Part shown: positions 24,617-37,803 of the stretch, piece after piece
Position numbering within the stretch: position 1 is the first letter of the stretch
Layout of the letters: the number at the start of each line of letters is the position of its first letter
Source: Phoronis australis
Taxonomy: Eukaryota; Animalia; Phoronida
Direction: 5' to 3'
DNA length: 64,000 bases
NCBI GenBank assembly: GCA_002633005.1
Contig: NMRA01000125.1
Span: 456,413-520,412, forward strand
Notes under the pieces: generated by a model
Seen by the model: only the letters and a program-made list of their open reading frames with translations
What the model was told of the DNA's origin: nothing
Databases searched by the model: none
Program-made: the position numbers and the translations under genes

Positions 24617-27600
24617 CCAGGTAGATGTATAGAATTTTAAAGTAAAAAAACTTCTGGATTTTTTCGCCTCTGGTTAGTCACCTGGATGACTGATAACATC
24701 TATTGTTTAATAAACCATGTACTTAAAATTTTCTGGTTCTTAATATCTGCCCAGTTGTACCAAACACAGAGGCAAAGTGCACGGACAGGCGTGAACCACA
24801 CCCCCAGTGCTACAAAATCATTACTACAGGTGCGTCCTTAGTTCCAAGAATTGCGTCATTCAGTCTTTCATTCCACCGAGTCACAACTGAATGAGCCCTT
24901 CATAGATCGAACCGTCTTCTTTCGTGGAAGATACCTTACCGGTTTATTCATGTTTATTTAATCTAGTGCCTTTTCTAATAACTGACCTTTCTGTTAAGGT
25001 ACATGTACGGTGCACACCGTGACAAGCTTACTATGGCAGACCCGATGGGTAATTGGGGCCCTGGGGGATTTTTGGAAGAAGTAAATTCGGTGTCTAGAGC
25101 GTTAGCCTTTTTAGGACAAATTATACCGGTATTTATGAGGAAATACTCTATTTTTCCACATTAAAATGTATTTGTGACTTGGAGAAGTTTGTGAGACAGG
25201 CCCCCAGCTTTCGTCTATTGAAGCATGTGTATACAATCTCAATCGGTGAGGAAGGTATTCACAAAGAATCCAGACCACGCGTAGGCTTACAACAGAACCT
25301 GGCATATTTGAGGAATGGTGAACAAATTCTGTAAATGTTTTCTAGTCGGTTTTTGTTTGGAATAAAACTAGGCCCATCTGACGACTATTCGAGAACAATT
25401 TTCGATTCGGCAGTTTTCGCTACAATCGACACTCGGCCCGAGAACGAGTTTCAGAACATAGCATTCAGAAACCCATTGACATTCATTCTACAAATAGTCT
25501 TCGCTGTAAAGCTCTCACTACGGCATTACAATTTAAAACGTAAGTCGATATAAATAAATAATATTTAGAGCTAAGAATGTGGTTCAAGAAAATCTGAATG
25601 ATGTGAAATGTGAGCGAACCTTAGAAAAGGGGAACACGCCAGATCTGCGAGATTGAAATAATCTAAGTTTAACGAGTATAGTTTTCATAGCTATTATTAT
25701 AAACAATAAGATTCTAATTATCCAAGATGACATAGCCGGGGAATAAAAACCTGTCTGCGGGTTGTAAAAACAACAGGACGTCATGGGAAAGTTTCCCGGA
25801 CTGTAAAAGTATGTGTTGCTGTTGACGACCGGGGAGAATGCCCACGTTTAGAGAGTGGACTCGAAAAAAGCCGGGAACTCGTGAAAAGGGTTTTGTTCCA
25901 GAAACAGTTAGGGCCGATAATTCAAAAAAAATTTGGGAGCAGACAGATGAATTTTTAACCCATTATGCCTGAAACACTAGTAGGGATAGCAAGTCGTCAA
26001 TCATGAATAGATAACACACAATTTTAACCAAAGTTAAAAATTATCTATAAAACTTCTGTCGGTAGATTTGTGTCGTTGGAAAACTGAACATTTTGTGGCC
26101 CTCATTTTCGATCTCTTCGCAAAGTAAATGGCATCGAAAGTACGTAAATGAAACATCAAACAAGGCAATCTGCCTATTAATGCATAGTCATCGCTGGGAT
26201 ACACGGATGGGAATAAAACAACCCACTTTTGACGTAGTTAGCCGGTTTTATCATCAAACTTTCCGAAAATAATTTAAAGTAATACAATGGCAGCAGTATA
26301 AATGACTTGCAGCAGGAAATGGGTCTCAAACGTATCATCTGGAACAAAACTGTTTATTATATGATACTACTGTCTCAGTTTTCAATCGCTAAATATTACA
26401 TCGTCTGCAACTCAGGTACCGATTTCTCAGTAACTACAATATCATATTGTTGTTATTTAAGAATTTTCAGGAAATGTTACAAGTTCAATGCACAATTACC
26501 GTTGTTTTCATCTTTGTTATCTCTTTTCAAGTAATAAATCGTGAGACTGACTCTTTCTTTTACTAGAGAAAACTTGTAACCGGGAGCGCGCAAATACATA
26601 GCCTACTTAGGATGGCGGCAGTGAGATTCATTCACAAGACCGCCGGGGGGGTAACGGGGTGGGCTTGATGACCACAATCAGCTGGATGAACTGCAAATTA
26701 ACGATTTGACACGTTTTCTAATAAAATGGGACAAATCTACTAGCTGACCCGAGTTAACCTTTTGGCCGCGCGCTTTTAGGCTGACCGTTGGGGGCCCATA
26801 AAGCAGACGACTGACACGCGTATACTAGTAAACTGCACGTCTGGAATGGCTTGCCTTTCCTGTGAGTGGGTTGTTCACGACCACCCGGGGTCACTCATAT
26901 TGACAAGGTGCGCGCAGGCACCATAAATTGCGTCGGGGTAGGCGGTACTTTTCAACAAGTTTTGCGGGACCCACACGGGGTCCAATAAGCCCCTACATTG
27001 GCATTTCGTCCCCACAAAAGGCCCACTGCATTGGCCTTAGCCCCGTAAAAGGTGGACTGGCCGTCTTCCTACAGAAAAATCTTTGATCCCGCATTGAAAA
27101 GGGAGTGGGAATTAATTAGCAGTCCTGGCACCTGCCCGAGGTTTTTCAGCAATTTTTGGTACACGCCTGCGGTCACCTTCTCAATAGTAGTGAATCCTCC
27201 AGGACTACCACTTCTTAAACTATGGGTTAGGAGTTTTTGCAACATAACAGCGTGCTCCATTAAAACTTACTGGCCGGGTTGAAAGGACTACAATCCCCAG
27301 TTTTGTTAATTGTTAATTGAAAAATATGCTTCTGGAAGTAAAAATTATTCTACGGGGAAGGGTGATTTCAAATGAGTCCCCAATCTTGATAACTGTTTGT
27401 TGACGCCGGGTTGTGCTCCACAGACACATAATTTCAGTACAAGCGGAGCGCGTAATCACACTATCTATTCTCGAGGATGTTTTGCGTGTATAGAAAACAA
27501 CCACATTTCTTATGAAATCGGACGTCAAAAACCATTTCTGCTTGGTTGAACTACTTCTTATGCCGAGACATGCGGAATGCCCGATTTCCACAACTAGACG

Positions 27601-29324
27601 GTCTCGCTTACCTGGTGACTTACCACAACACCGGTGGAAAGTAGCGGACTGAGCGGCTCCTGGGACCTCAATGTTCGCAATGGGCATGCCCGTTAGATTG
27701 GATGAAAATTTTGATCTATAAACTCAATCCTTTTGTGAACGCCATGACCTTCGCAAATTAGAACACACTAATACTAGCCCCACACCTATTCTGTCTAGTG
27801 CACCCGCGCGTTATTGAGTATTGCAAGGTGCTTAGGTGACCGTCGCATAGATACCGTATTTATGACACGACTAAAACGTTGGGTTGCAAAAGTTTCAAAG
27901 TCCCCAGTCAGCGGTCCACGCAGTCAAGTCGAGCTGCGGGGTCTGTGTTGACTGAGGCCGGAGCGCTGCAGCCCCCTACAGATCTGTCCTACGTATTTGC
28001 GAAAATTTACAAGTGCCCAGAAATGAGCCGATTATTGGCCATTTGTGTCGTTTTCAGAAACGTTGCGGCGTTGAAAAAGATTCACAGTCGAAATGTGTCG
28101 TTTATTGGTCTTTTGTGGCGGTTTCTGCTTAACTGGGCGGCGAAATCGATTTTATTGCCATGGAGCATACAGCAGGTCTTCAGTTGGTGACCTGGCGACT
28201 TGTCTCTACGCTAATCGTCGTGGCCTCCACAGACCCTGCATGCGTATCTGAAGCGCCGCGGTGCACATCTTACGCAAAGTGTTCAGGTCTGCCCCTACTC
28301 GCCTCTTCGCTGGGCTTATCGTCATCCGTACTGGCTCGTTTGAAGACGGGGAGCGCGGCCTCCATGCTGGCTACACAGTTCCTCGCACTTGATTTCTCTG
28401 TACATCACAATGAGAACATGCTGTGTTCTGACAGAGAGGAATTACTTTGATTGAATCTCATCATGCCTACAAAAAGTGCGAACATAATACCTATTCTTTG
28501 CGTACATGTATGCTCACAGTGTTTGGCAGGCTCCAATCAGTCCGCACTACTATAGTAGTAATAAGTGCTTTGTCTCGGACTAGAATCGTATGCTGATCCC
28601 TCTTGTCTGGGCATATTGATATACATGTATTGGTACCTTGTCAACCTAAGAGAACATCAATCGTGTTTCACCAAATGTATTTTTTAACCAGTCACTATCC
28701 TCTCACCTGTCTGAGTCATTCAATGTGTAATAATTATAGGGAAACTTCCACTGATTCAATAACAAATGCGGAATTATATTTATATTTATTTTTGCCATTA
28801 ACAGAAAAATCAAGAGAATTAAAAAAAAAACAATCTAAAAGTAAAATGTAAAATACAATATAAAAGTACAAAAGTAAAATCTACGACTTCCGGGTAACAA
28901 TGGAAGTATTTTAGACATGTATAAAGTAAAATATGAAACGCTTTTGTGAAAATGAAATGGGACACACATATCATTGTCTGCACTTGATTCGCATTGTCGG
29001 TTCCACCGGCCAAAGCTACGTTCCGTTGACCTAAGACACTCGCGAGAAAAGCAAATGTGACCACGTGCTTCTGGCGCAATGCACGGGGATACCTAGCGAA
29101 ACCTTGCTTTTTCGTGTCTACAAAACGCAGCCCGGATTTCGTTCCATAGTGCCAAAAACGTTAACTGTAAATATTCGCTTATGGAACGAAAACAGCAAAT
29201 TCCATCATGCAATTTATGATTTCATTCTGTAATTCAACATTCCACCCTCCCCGGCCAATAATCACTCCAGTGGCCGCCATGTAGCTAGGTTACGCTAGTA
29301 ACGAATCCAATACAATCGCGAAAC

Positions 29325-29357
29325 CATAGACATCACACGATTATTATGATGTCTATG
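29325..29357. repeat. Short perfect-arm palindrome CATAGACATCA-N11-TGATGTCTATG
   Basis: 11-bp inverted arms seen directly, downstream of the TNF stop codon. Confidence 0.7.
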
Positions 29358-29856
29358 CCCGAAACACTCGCCTTTCACTCGCGTGATTTGACGTGGTCTT
29401 GCGTGATCTCACCTTTCTCGCAAGAAATTTGCTCTATGAAACGCTACTCCAACCAATCAAATGTCTTAGCCTGTTGACCAGACTGACTGATAGACTATGA
29501 ATGAAGTGCAGCCATAGAAAGCACACTAAATTTGTGAAATACATATATTTTAATACACAAAAAGTAATGCTGCTCAACCCAAGTGCTGCCTCGTTAGTGC
29601 TTATTGAACCTATATCAAAAAGCCAGTTTGCTTTATCGTTTGATTTTATCCGTGTACGTCTGGAATGAATTAAAGACAATGGCCTAATTTCTGTTATCAA
29701 AATTTTTAACTAAAATGGCGTGTGAAAAGTGTGTTTCGCAAACCATGCAGCTTTAGTGTACATGACACATAGGTACATAGAATAGCTTTTGTTTTTGAAA
29801 AAGAATAAAGCTTGATTGGAGAGCAGCATCAAAAACGAGACTGCTCAGCAAAAAAA

Positions 29857-30073
29857 TCACAGCATGTACACGCCAAAGTTATTTGACAATGCGAGTCGGG
29901 AAACTTCGGAAATGTTTGACACTTTGACGAAGAGCTCATCGCCGGGTCTCAAGTGAAACACACCACCGAGGTAACTCGTGTGTTCCCCGACTTCCTTATA
30001 CTTGGACCAACACTTGGTTGCTTTTCCGCGTAACAGCTCGTCTTCCCGGTTGTAGCCATCGTTAATGTTGTAT
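29857..30073 (-). CDS. TNF ligand exon 5 (C-terminal half of TNF homology domain)
   Basis: TTTCAG| (R)YNINDGYNREDELLRGKATKCWSKYKEVGEHTSYLGGVFHLRPGDELFVKVSNISEVSRLALSNNFGVYML*; not in the supplied ORF track. Confidence 0.93.
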
Positions 30074-30094
30074 CTGAAATAGATAAATAAAGCT

Positions 30095-30290
30095 TAAAAA
30101 ACCGGACGATCGCCGCACAAATAAAAAAAATCATGTTAAATCAACGTTTCGTCTATTCATAAGACATCACCAGGATCATATTTACAAAGGATAGCAAGTG
30201 CCAACATACAGCTCAGGTAACATCCATAAAGTGAAGTGAGAGATACTGGGAATTTAGTCAGTAGCTGGTCATCACCATAGTTGCAGGGTA
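30095..30290 (-). mobile_element. Dispersed repeat with hammerhead ribozyme-like motif, copy 2
   Basis: Minus strand GATC-CTGGTGA-T-GTCT...AGAC-GAAAC-GTT-GATT (30177-30139); homologous to 19700-19895. Confidence 0.6.
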
Positions 30291-30430
30291 ACAGAAATAT
30301 AATGCGTACGTAAACTTCCTTCATTCTACAACGAGACAATGAACAATCATTTGTATCAACGATGGGAATTTCTTGGGGGATAAACGCAAAATGTATTATT
30401 CCTCATTTGTATTATTCATCTTGTGGACAG

Positions 30431-30687
30431 GGGTCTGACTTGATACAAAAGTATGGTCTTTATCTCCACATAGCTATACCTGAAAATGGGTAATTTTCAC
30501 TTAGGCAAAAGTGCAATGTCTTTGAGAATATACACATAACTGCTATTTACTGAGAAAATTTCTATTCATTATTACTAGACTTTGACGTGCTCAAAACACT
30601 TGCCTGAACCTTTATTCAGCACTTGTGAAGTGGAAGCTTACGACCAAATTATTGTCGTAAGTTTAGTCACTTCTTTGAAATAGACCC
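30431..30687. mobile_element. Family B Harbinger-like MITE, decayed copy
   Basis: Right end GACCAAATT...TTTAGTCACTTCTTTGAAATAGACCC matches the family B terminus; left end partly deleted. Confidence 0.45.
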
Positions 30688-33600
30688 CTGATGAGGTTTT
30701 AGTTTAAAGCGAAACAGGGTTTGCGACATAGACTAAATTACTAGTCCAGAGTTTAGTTAATAAAACGTTTAAATTCAAATTAAACCGTACTTTTTGCACT
30801 TTAAACAACGAAAACAACCATGGTCTTTGATCCGAGTTCAAATAATCCCCAAAGCCCTTTGTCCTCGCATCCGCTAACAACAGTCTCAGCCATAGTCTCC
30901 AAAAAATCTCGAGTCGCGATTGTTGTTAGAGAATGCAAGGATGTGCGGTTTTGGGGATTGTTTATACCCCGATCAAACATCATGACGCGTTTCGATGTAT
31001 AACAAAGCTTGCTTTAACTTGAATTTTAGCCGTGTAACTCGTACAGTAGCGTTAACCTTTGGCCAATTTTCATTCCTATATGTACCTACAGGTCTACATA
31101 CTACATTCAGCGCTGTTAACAACGTCTACAGTGTAGGATAAGAAATAATTACCTTCTTCGAAATTAGTTTCATAAAGAATTGAGACAACTTAAAACTTAT
31201 TATTTTCCCAGTTTCGAGCTTGACGTACTCATCACCATTATTTTTCTTAATCTCTTGTAGTGCAAATCAGTTTGGAAAGTGAAACTATTCTCTAAAGGTG
31301 CACTCCAGTTGAGTTGTCACGAAATCGATACAACAATTTTAAACTGAGATCTTTTCACGATGTATGTATCGTAAATTCCCACAAATAAAAGAATTATTTT
31401 ACTGGTGGTAACATATAATTATGCCATAAGCTCGAACATAAGCCGAATTTACAGAATTTTACAGTACCGTAAAAAGATCGTGGACAAAATTACAGATGTT
31501 TTCATTTAATCTCAGCTCTTTTTTCCGGTTACCTGATTTTTTGAAATAACTATTACTAAACTAAAAGCGCTGATGAAACTTAATTTATACGGCGGGCCAA
31601 TATTCATATTGAATAATTCCACAGGTCTAACGAAGATCGCTTAACTTTAATTTCATATTTATATCTACTGGTTTTGAACACTGAATAATTTTCACCAAGT
31701 TGAAGAAATCTCGAAATTAGGAACAGTTGTTGAAGGAAAGTAGGCCTGAACGTTCAGTTATTTACATTTTTGATATCAAACTAAGTTAGTGAAGAACACT
31801 ATGACGCCATTCAATTTGGCGGCCACCAGAATTTAATAATTCATCATATATAAACTTCGATATTAAATGATTTTGAAAAAAATTTCACGTGGAAAGAAGA
31901 TTTTTCGAGAATAAGTCTCTTCTAAATCAATTTGCTATGACATTTTTTCAACAAGTTTTTAACTAAACTAAGCGGAAAAGATATCTTAAAGAGGCCTGGA
32001 ACGTGATAAACAGACTAAATTACAAAATTGAAAGTGGTTCTCTGCCGCTGAAACAGAATTTATCCTTCTCACCAGGTATTTTTAGGGTTTGTACGTAAAA
32101 ATTTTAATTTCTGTTGATATAAAAACATTATCTTTTAGCTTCACGTTTCAAAAAAAACGCCCTGTCAACTGCTTGCCACTTCTCGATTTTTCTCCCACAA
32201 GACAAAGCACGTCTCCTTATTTGGTATGACAAGACATACTGTATAGTCGTAGCACATTTCCCATATATGGAAAATGTGACCTAGGACCTCAAGCGACTTC
32301 AAGCAACCGACTGTGAGCGCATGGAGATTAAAACTCTGTGGTAACCACAGTTTTTCCTTCGCACGTATTTTAAATATTGGGAATTTTGTGATTTTGTTCT
32401 TGAAATTTCTTCACAGGGGAAAGTGAATTACTCAGCACTGGACGTTGGGAGATGGTAATTTCGTCAGGAATAGTTTAAAAGATATTTTTGACGAGCTTTC
32501 GCGTTCCATGGTTCTTTAAAAGAGATGGTAAAAAATAATTGCAGGCGGTCCGATACACGTTGTACCAGACGTGCGCAGGCCGCCTATGTGAGCCCATTGC
32601 ACTGATCACATGGTTGTAGAGGCATATTCTTTTTTCTTTATCCGTGATTCAAATCAGTGAGTAAACTAACCGAGTGTATTGCTTGCATATTTTTGTGAAT
32701 AAGATAAGGGAACATTTGTGCAAGCATTTCTTCACAGTGACAGGAATGTCGCCACAAAGCACGTCAGTTACCGATGATAAAATAGCTCAATGTTTAGGCG
32801 ATCGATGTAATGTTTGATTTGGAACACTCGCCTACCAAAATACGATTGTAAACATACTGTACACATTGTTCTTCAGGAATGTGGATAATCTGGCAATTTG
32901 ATCTGTCTCTCCTTGCGCAGCATTACCCCTGTCAATTGGCAAGGACATCTTATACGAGTGGTCATGAAGGCAGACGTTTGGCTGAATATAAAGCTACTAT
33001 GCACCGGGTTTTTGTAAAACGTTTAAATTAGAGTATTTAGCGTTATAGTATTGTGACCAACATGATGTTTACTGAGTTTTGAAGTGTATTCTAGTTTTGG
33101 GAAAATGCCATGACTGAAAATATGTTGGTTCCGTGATCGAGGCGCGACTCCCACGTTGGTTTATCAGAAGTTACAGTCACTTTTTTGTACTTTTGGGATA
33201 TTGAGTTCACAGTTGTGAGATTCAGTGCTATAAAGGAAGGTTTAATGATACTGACAACGCAGGCAATTGACAAAGCGAGGTAAACAGTGGGAACAAACAC
33301 TTTAATAAATTCTTATTTCATTCGTTAAATATATTTATGTTAGAATATGGACTCGTCCTACATATGCGGAACATATGTCGAACAAGGCCTTTAGCTATCG
33401 AATATCGAATGAAATTGGTTTTCAGCCAAATATTCTTCGTTTTGGAGTCTTTGTTCGTGGAGGGTGATGTTTTTGGCAATTCGCGGAAACGATTTCCATT
33501 GTTACTTGAATATATAACAACAACAATCTGTTCAATCCATGAATCAATTTCTCCATTTTGGATGCCTTTGGAGCAAGACTGACTACATCGCCTTCGAAGA

Positions 33601-33781
33601 CTTACAAGTCGAGAAGATAAAGTTCAAACCATTTTCATCAGATCATGGGGTTGTTGGTCCACAGAACCTTCAGAATAACGCAGACAAAGTGCCGCTCATG
33701 TTATCTGTATCCTGAAAGTATGTTGTCATGAGATGTTCAGGCGAACAGGTTTTCAAATAATTAATCTGATTTGACAAATAC

Positions 33782-34007
33782 CTGTGTATGTAGTGGCACC
33801 TATGTTCGAATTTATCCTGTTCTGTCTGTTCATTTGAAGACGCAACATAACTTTCGATGAACAAAACCTGACTATAGACATAGTACAAGCCTTCGGTTGA
33901 AATGATGATGCGGCCGTCTCTGTACTTTAATCCATTTTTCAATACTGTCTTGCGGTGGTCACCGGGAATCAACCATCTTCGTATCACTTGAGGCTCATAC
34001 GGGTCAC
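33782..34007 (-). CDS. TNF ligand exon 4
   Basis: ATATAG| GDPYEPQVIRRWL...LKNGLKYRDGRIIISTEGLYYVYSQVLF...HYIHR |GTATTT. Confidence 0.92.
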
Positions 34008-34199
34008 CTATATTCGTATGAAGGAGCTCAAATTGCATTTGTATTCATACAGTAACAAACAAAATAGTAACCAAGCTACTAAAATGAAACTTTTTTTCTT
34101 ATTTAATTGTAAACAGTGATGTTGTCTGGTTTCTATCAATCCTATTCAACTGGTTGAACAACTGAAATCTAAACAACCCCTGAAGATTAAACTCGAGCT

Positions 34200-36780
34200 G
34201 GATCCGCAACTTTCGGTTCTGTGACGATTGTCAGTAGTCAAAGCGCTGCTGGTAGATATTTGACTACACTGTTTCGGATACTATAATTGTTCGATGACAG
34301 CAATTCGTTACGCGATGTTATTTGGAGTCACAAATTCATCACCAAGCTCCACAATCTTCTTGACGCAAAGCCTCTGAACTCTACCTCCACAGGCCCCTTG
34401 GGAAATTTAGGTAATTTGGTCTGCTGTTAGAAACGGGTACCTTTTTCAGATTTTCTTCTTCGGTTCTTCTCTCTTATGGGACTGAGCACTCTATCATATC
34501 CAGATCCTTCTACTGTCTGGATTTAGATGGAACATCACGCCATGTGTTGATCTATGTCCCAAATCCACTATCACAATCCAATATGTGTGTTTTAAGCATA
34601 CATCTAATTATTCCTTGTTGTTGCTGCCATGATGGTTTTCGTCCCTGCAATCTGTATACAAAATGTTCGCTGCTGCTTTCGAAACTTTGTCTTGCCTTCA
34701 GGCATCTTTCCCTTGAGGCAAGGCAACTGTACATGATAGAATGTGTTCATAGCTCAACGCAACTGAGACACCGCCTTCTTTTTCCTCATGGTTTAAAATT
34801 GACACGAGCTGGTAACGTGTCAGACAGACAGAACCCAACAAAAAATAGTCTCCATATCTTTCTTACTGGACAGTCCCGTGCTTCAATCGTCTCGCTTCAA
34901 CAGTCTTTTCAAGTCGCCTTTCTCCTTTTTTATTTTGCTCCTCTCCTCTCTTCTCTTCTTCTACACATCTTATTGTTAGAATCATGTCTATGCGTTCTTT
35001 TCTTTGCTCTGGATAACTGATTTCTTTTTATTGTCAGCATTTCTCTCCCTGGCTACGAAGGCACACTGAGCCACCATGTCCTTGTGCCTATCTTCAGCTT
35101 CTGAGATACCGCCTCTAAAGTTCCAGACCACAAATTCGATCTTCACGAGACCTGAAACATGTTGTGACCCAACTCTGCTGTATCGTTGAGTTCACGCTGT
35201 CGGTCTTACTAACATGCTCACTCGACACCGGGACAAACGATGTCTTGCTATCCAACCGTATCTAATAATGAAATGAGTGACCAAACTTTTCCTTGAAATG
35301 CCGTTGTCGTGAAAATGAAGCATCATGCAACCATTCACCAGCAATTCCTTCGACTCCCACACGGCTCTGTTAAAACAACACCAACACCAACAATTTCCTT
35401 AAAGGAAAAGAACATTGCTTATGGACTTTCTAAGTTAAAACCATCCACCCTGATACGAATATAGTACTTATCTACGTCTTCTACATTAAATGCTTGTCGT
35501 ATCGAATAGTTGTAGTGGTTGTTCTTCCGTCCGGTCGAGCGTTAGTTGTCGTTCCTCTTAATTGGAGATCTCCAGCTTTTCATCCTACGCCTTCTTCTAC
35601 GTGGACAAGTAGCTCTTTTGTTAATGCCTTTGTGTTACATGGGCGCACCAAGGGGGAGCTCGAACGAGCCCCCAATTTGGCGTATTGTGCAAAAAGGTCC
35701 GCCTCAATGAAACAAAAAGTCCGAACAAACGAGACAAAAGTCCACAAAGTCGAGGCGCGGATGCACAATTCGTAGGCCTGAACCTAGTGGACCCGTTTTT
35801 TAAGTCCTCGTTGATATTTTTCCGTAAAAGCTCCGCGTACCAAAAAATTCGAGTACCCCAATAATTTAGGCTGTGTGCACGCATGGGTTCCTTAAAACTG
35901 TTATTTCTGCTTGGAAATCTAATTTCAGACATTTTCAGAGTCTCTGTGAACGTCAAAGTACGTAAACTGTTAAAAACTGGCTTTTGGTGTTGGTGCTACG
36001 GTTTGCTCAATTGGCTTAGGTTCCTGAAAATCACTAATTTCTCTGACATCTAATAGGGCATGGGACCGCCCCATACCTATGTTTAACACGTTTTCAATCA
36101 CCCACTGAGCTGTTGATTCAAAGCTACCACCAGCGTGTTATTCAAATCGTTGCCTATTTATTGCTACTTTGCCAACTCTAAGGTAGGTTTCTAATCCGTC
36201 TGATCCCTTCTTGACTTTTTGTGTTTACGTTTTGGCCAATCGAAACTATGTTGTGTCCTCTTCCCTAATGCCGTGGATCTCTAACTCTTCTTGTTTGCTG
36301 GTTCTCTTTGCTTTCAGTGTTATACCCGGCTTCTTGTATGTGTTATTGCGCCATCGTCTGTGTTTTCACCACCTTGCCAGGGTGGTTCGTGTTCATTTTG
36401 GTGTCCCCAGTTCCTCGATTGTGTTGATCTCTCCACTATCTGCTTCTTGGACATAAAGCTCTTACGATGCTGTAAATACAATATATCATCTTGCGCGTCC
36501 TCATCGCCACTCATGGCAAGAAATCTGTCTCTATTCCTTCAGGAACAGCTCCAAACGTTGCCTGTAACTTTTTGGGTTTCGTCTTGGGTGCCGTTCCTTA
36601 CCGCCCGACTACAAAAGCTTGTTACACCTACTAAGTGTTGTCGTTGCAAGTTTTCCCTGATATATTTTTAGTCCTATCACATGTTAACACATCTTTAGAC
36701 ACAGCAACGGTTGTCACTGTTTGTGTTCAATGTCCTTGTTCGTTCTGGAGTTGCCTCTATTGAATCGTCTTGGAGGCATC
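34200..36780 (-). pseudogene. Decayed coding relic in TNF intron 3, possibly a DNA-transposon protein
   Basis: Broken minus-strand frames: MPPRRFNRGN..., LHFHDNGISRKKFGHSFHY..., and a K/E-rich coiled stretch (VEEEKRGEEQNKKGERRLEK). Many stops; boundaries approximate. Confidence 0.3.
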
Positions 36781-37052
36781 AATTGAGAAACACGATGTGG
36801 TGGAACAGTGAAATATTGTATTTTCAAATTATCAGGAAAGAAATTCTTCTTAAATTTTAGCTCAGATTGCATTGTACACGACTTGCATCAACCAGTGCAT
36901 GGTGAAGTTCTCAGCATTTTGGCATCGTCCGGAATTTATTTCTGTTCACGATGTCGGTCTTTGCCACAAAAACATTAAAAAATTGAATAAGTGCGCTAAC
37001 AAAGACGTTCGCGAAAAACATGACGTTTTTTCATTAACTATAAAGCATCTTC

Positions 37053-37199
37053 GGGGCTGAGTTGCATAAAGCTTCATAAGTTATCCGCTGGTTGATTGTT
37101 GCATGACGTCAGGTACATTGTTCAGCAATAACAACGTGACGCGTGATAATGCGACATCATTGCTGCTATACGGCGTATAACTTTTATGCAACTGAGTCC
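37053..37199. mobile_element. Small MITE (Harbinger-like TIRs)
   Basis: GGGCTGAGTTGCATAAA ... TTTATGCAACTGAGTCC inverted termini. Confidence 0.5.
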
Positions 37200-37683
37200 A
37201 GGTGAATACAGATTGAAATGTTAGATAGACAATTAGGTAAATATCCCAATGGATGAGCGAAGTTGACCAGTCCATTAGTATTAGTGCAGCTGTTAGTTTG
37301 CGGTAAAATCTCACCAATTTCGACAAAAACAATTATCATTCTAAATGTCTATTAAGATTTTTTTCACGTTGTTGCGAGTGCCTATTCTTTCAAAATATTG
37401 TCAGTTCGAAATAAATAATTTCACTCGTCTACCGTATGCCATAACGAGACCTTAATTAATAAGATGTTGCCGTGGTCTTGTTCCTCCTTTCCTTATTGAG
37501 CTTTGTAGGGAGTATTTAGTTCTGTGGAGACACTCTTTGAGAATTAGCCGATTTCAGGAAGTGGGTAAGTCACGAAAAATGAAATTTCTATGTGATCACT
37601 GTTAATTTTGTTCGAACGTGATGAAGCTTCACCGTACACTACACATAGAAGTATGGAGGTGCCACTCAAAACTAGAACATTAC

Positions 37684-37803
37684 CGACATGTGCCTGTTCA
37701 CGAACGCAGCCTAAAAGGTGTGCGACGGGCTTGTTGTCCCATGATGTGAAATTCTTGCCGTCCTTTTGGTGAATAATTTCGTGTTTCACCGCTCCAAATT
37801 CGC
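37684..37803 (-). CDS. TNF ligand exon 3 (stalk and first THD strand)
   Basis: TTACAG| EFGAVKHEIIHQKDGKNFTSWDNKPVAHLLGCVREQAHV G|GTAATG. Confidence 0.9.

Noticed and set aside
27313-27687. 124-aa minus-strand ORF
   Set aside because: No recognisable motif, no splice partners; lies in a repeat-like GC-rich block.
30688-30725. CTGATGA...GAAAC hammerhead-like string
   Set aside because: CTG belongs to the MITE end/TSD, stem II has a G-G mismatch and no stem I can be formed.
30801-30983. ORF ending ...GLWGLFEL..., resembling a TNF C-terminus
   Set aside because: The true last TNF exon is 30073-29857, with correct phase and full motif set.
33550-33781. Continuation of the TNF exon 4 ORF to the stop at 33670 (apparent truncated TNF pseudogene)
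   Set aside because: Donor at 33782/33781 splices in frame to the intact last exon.
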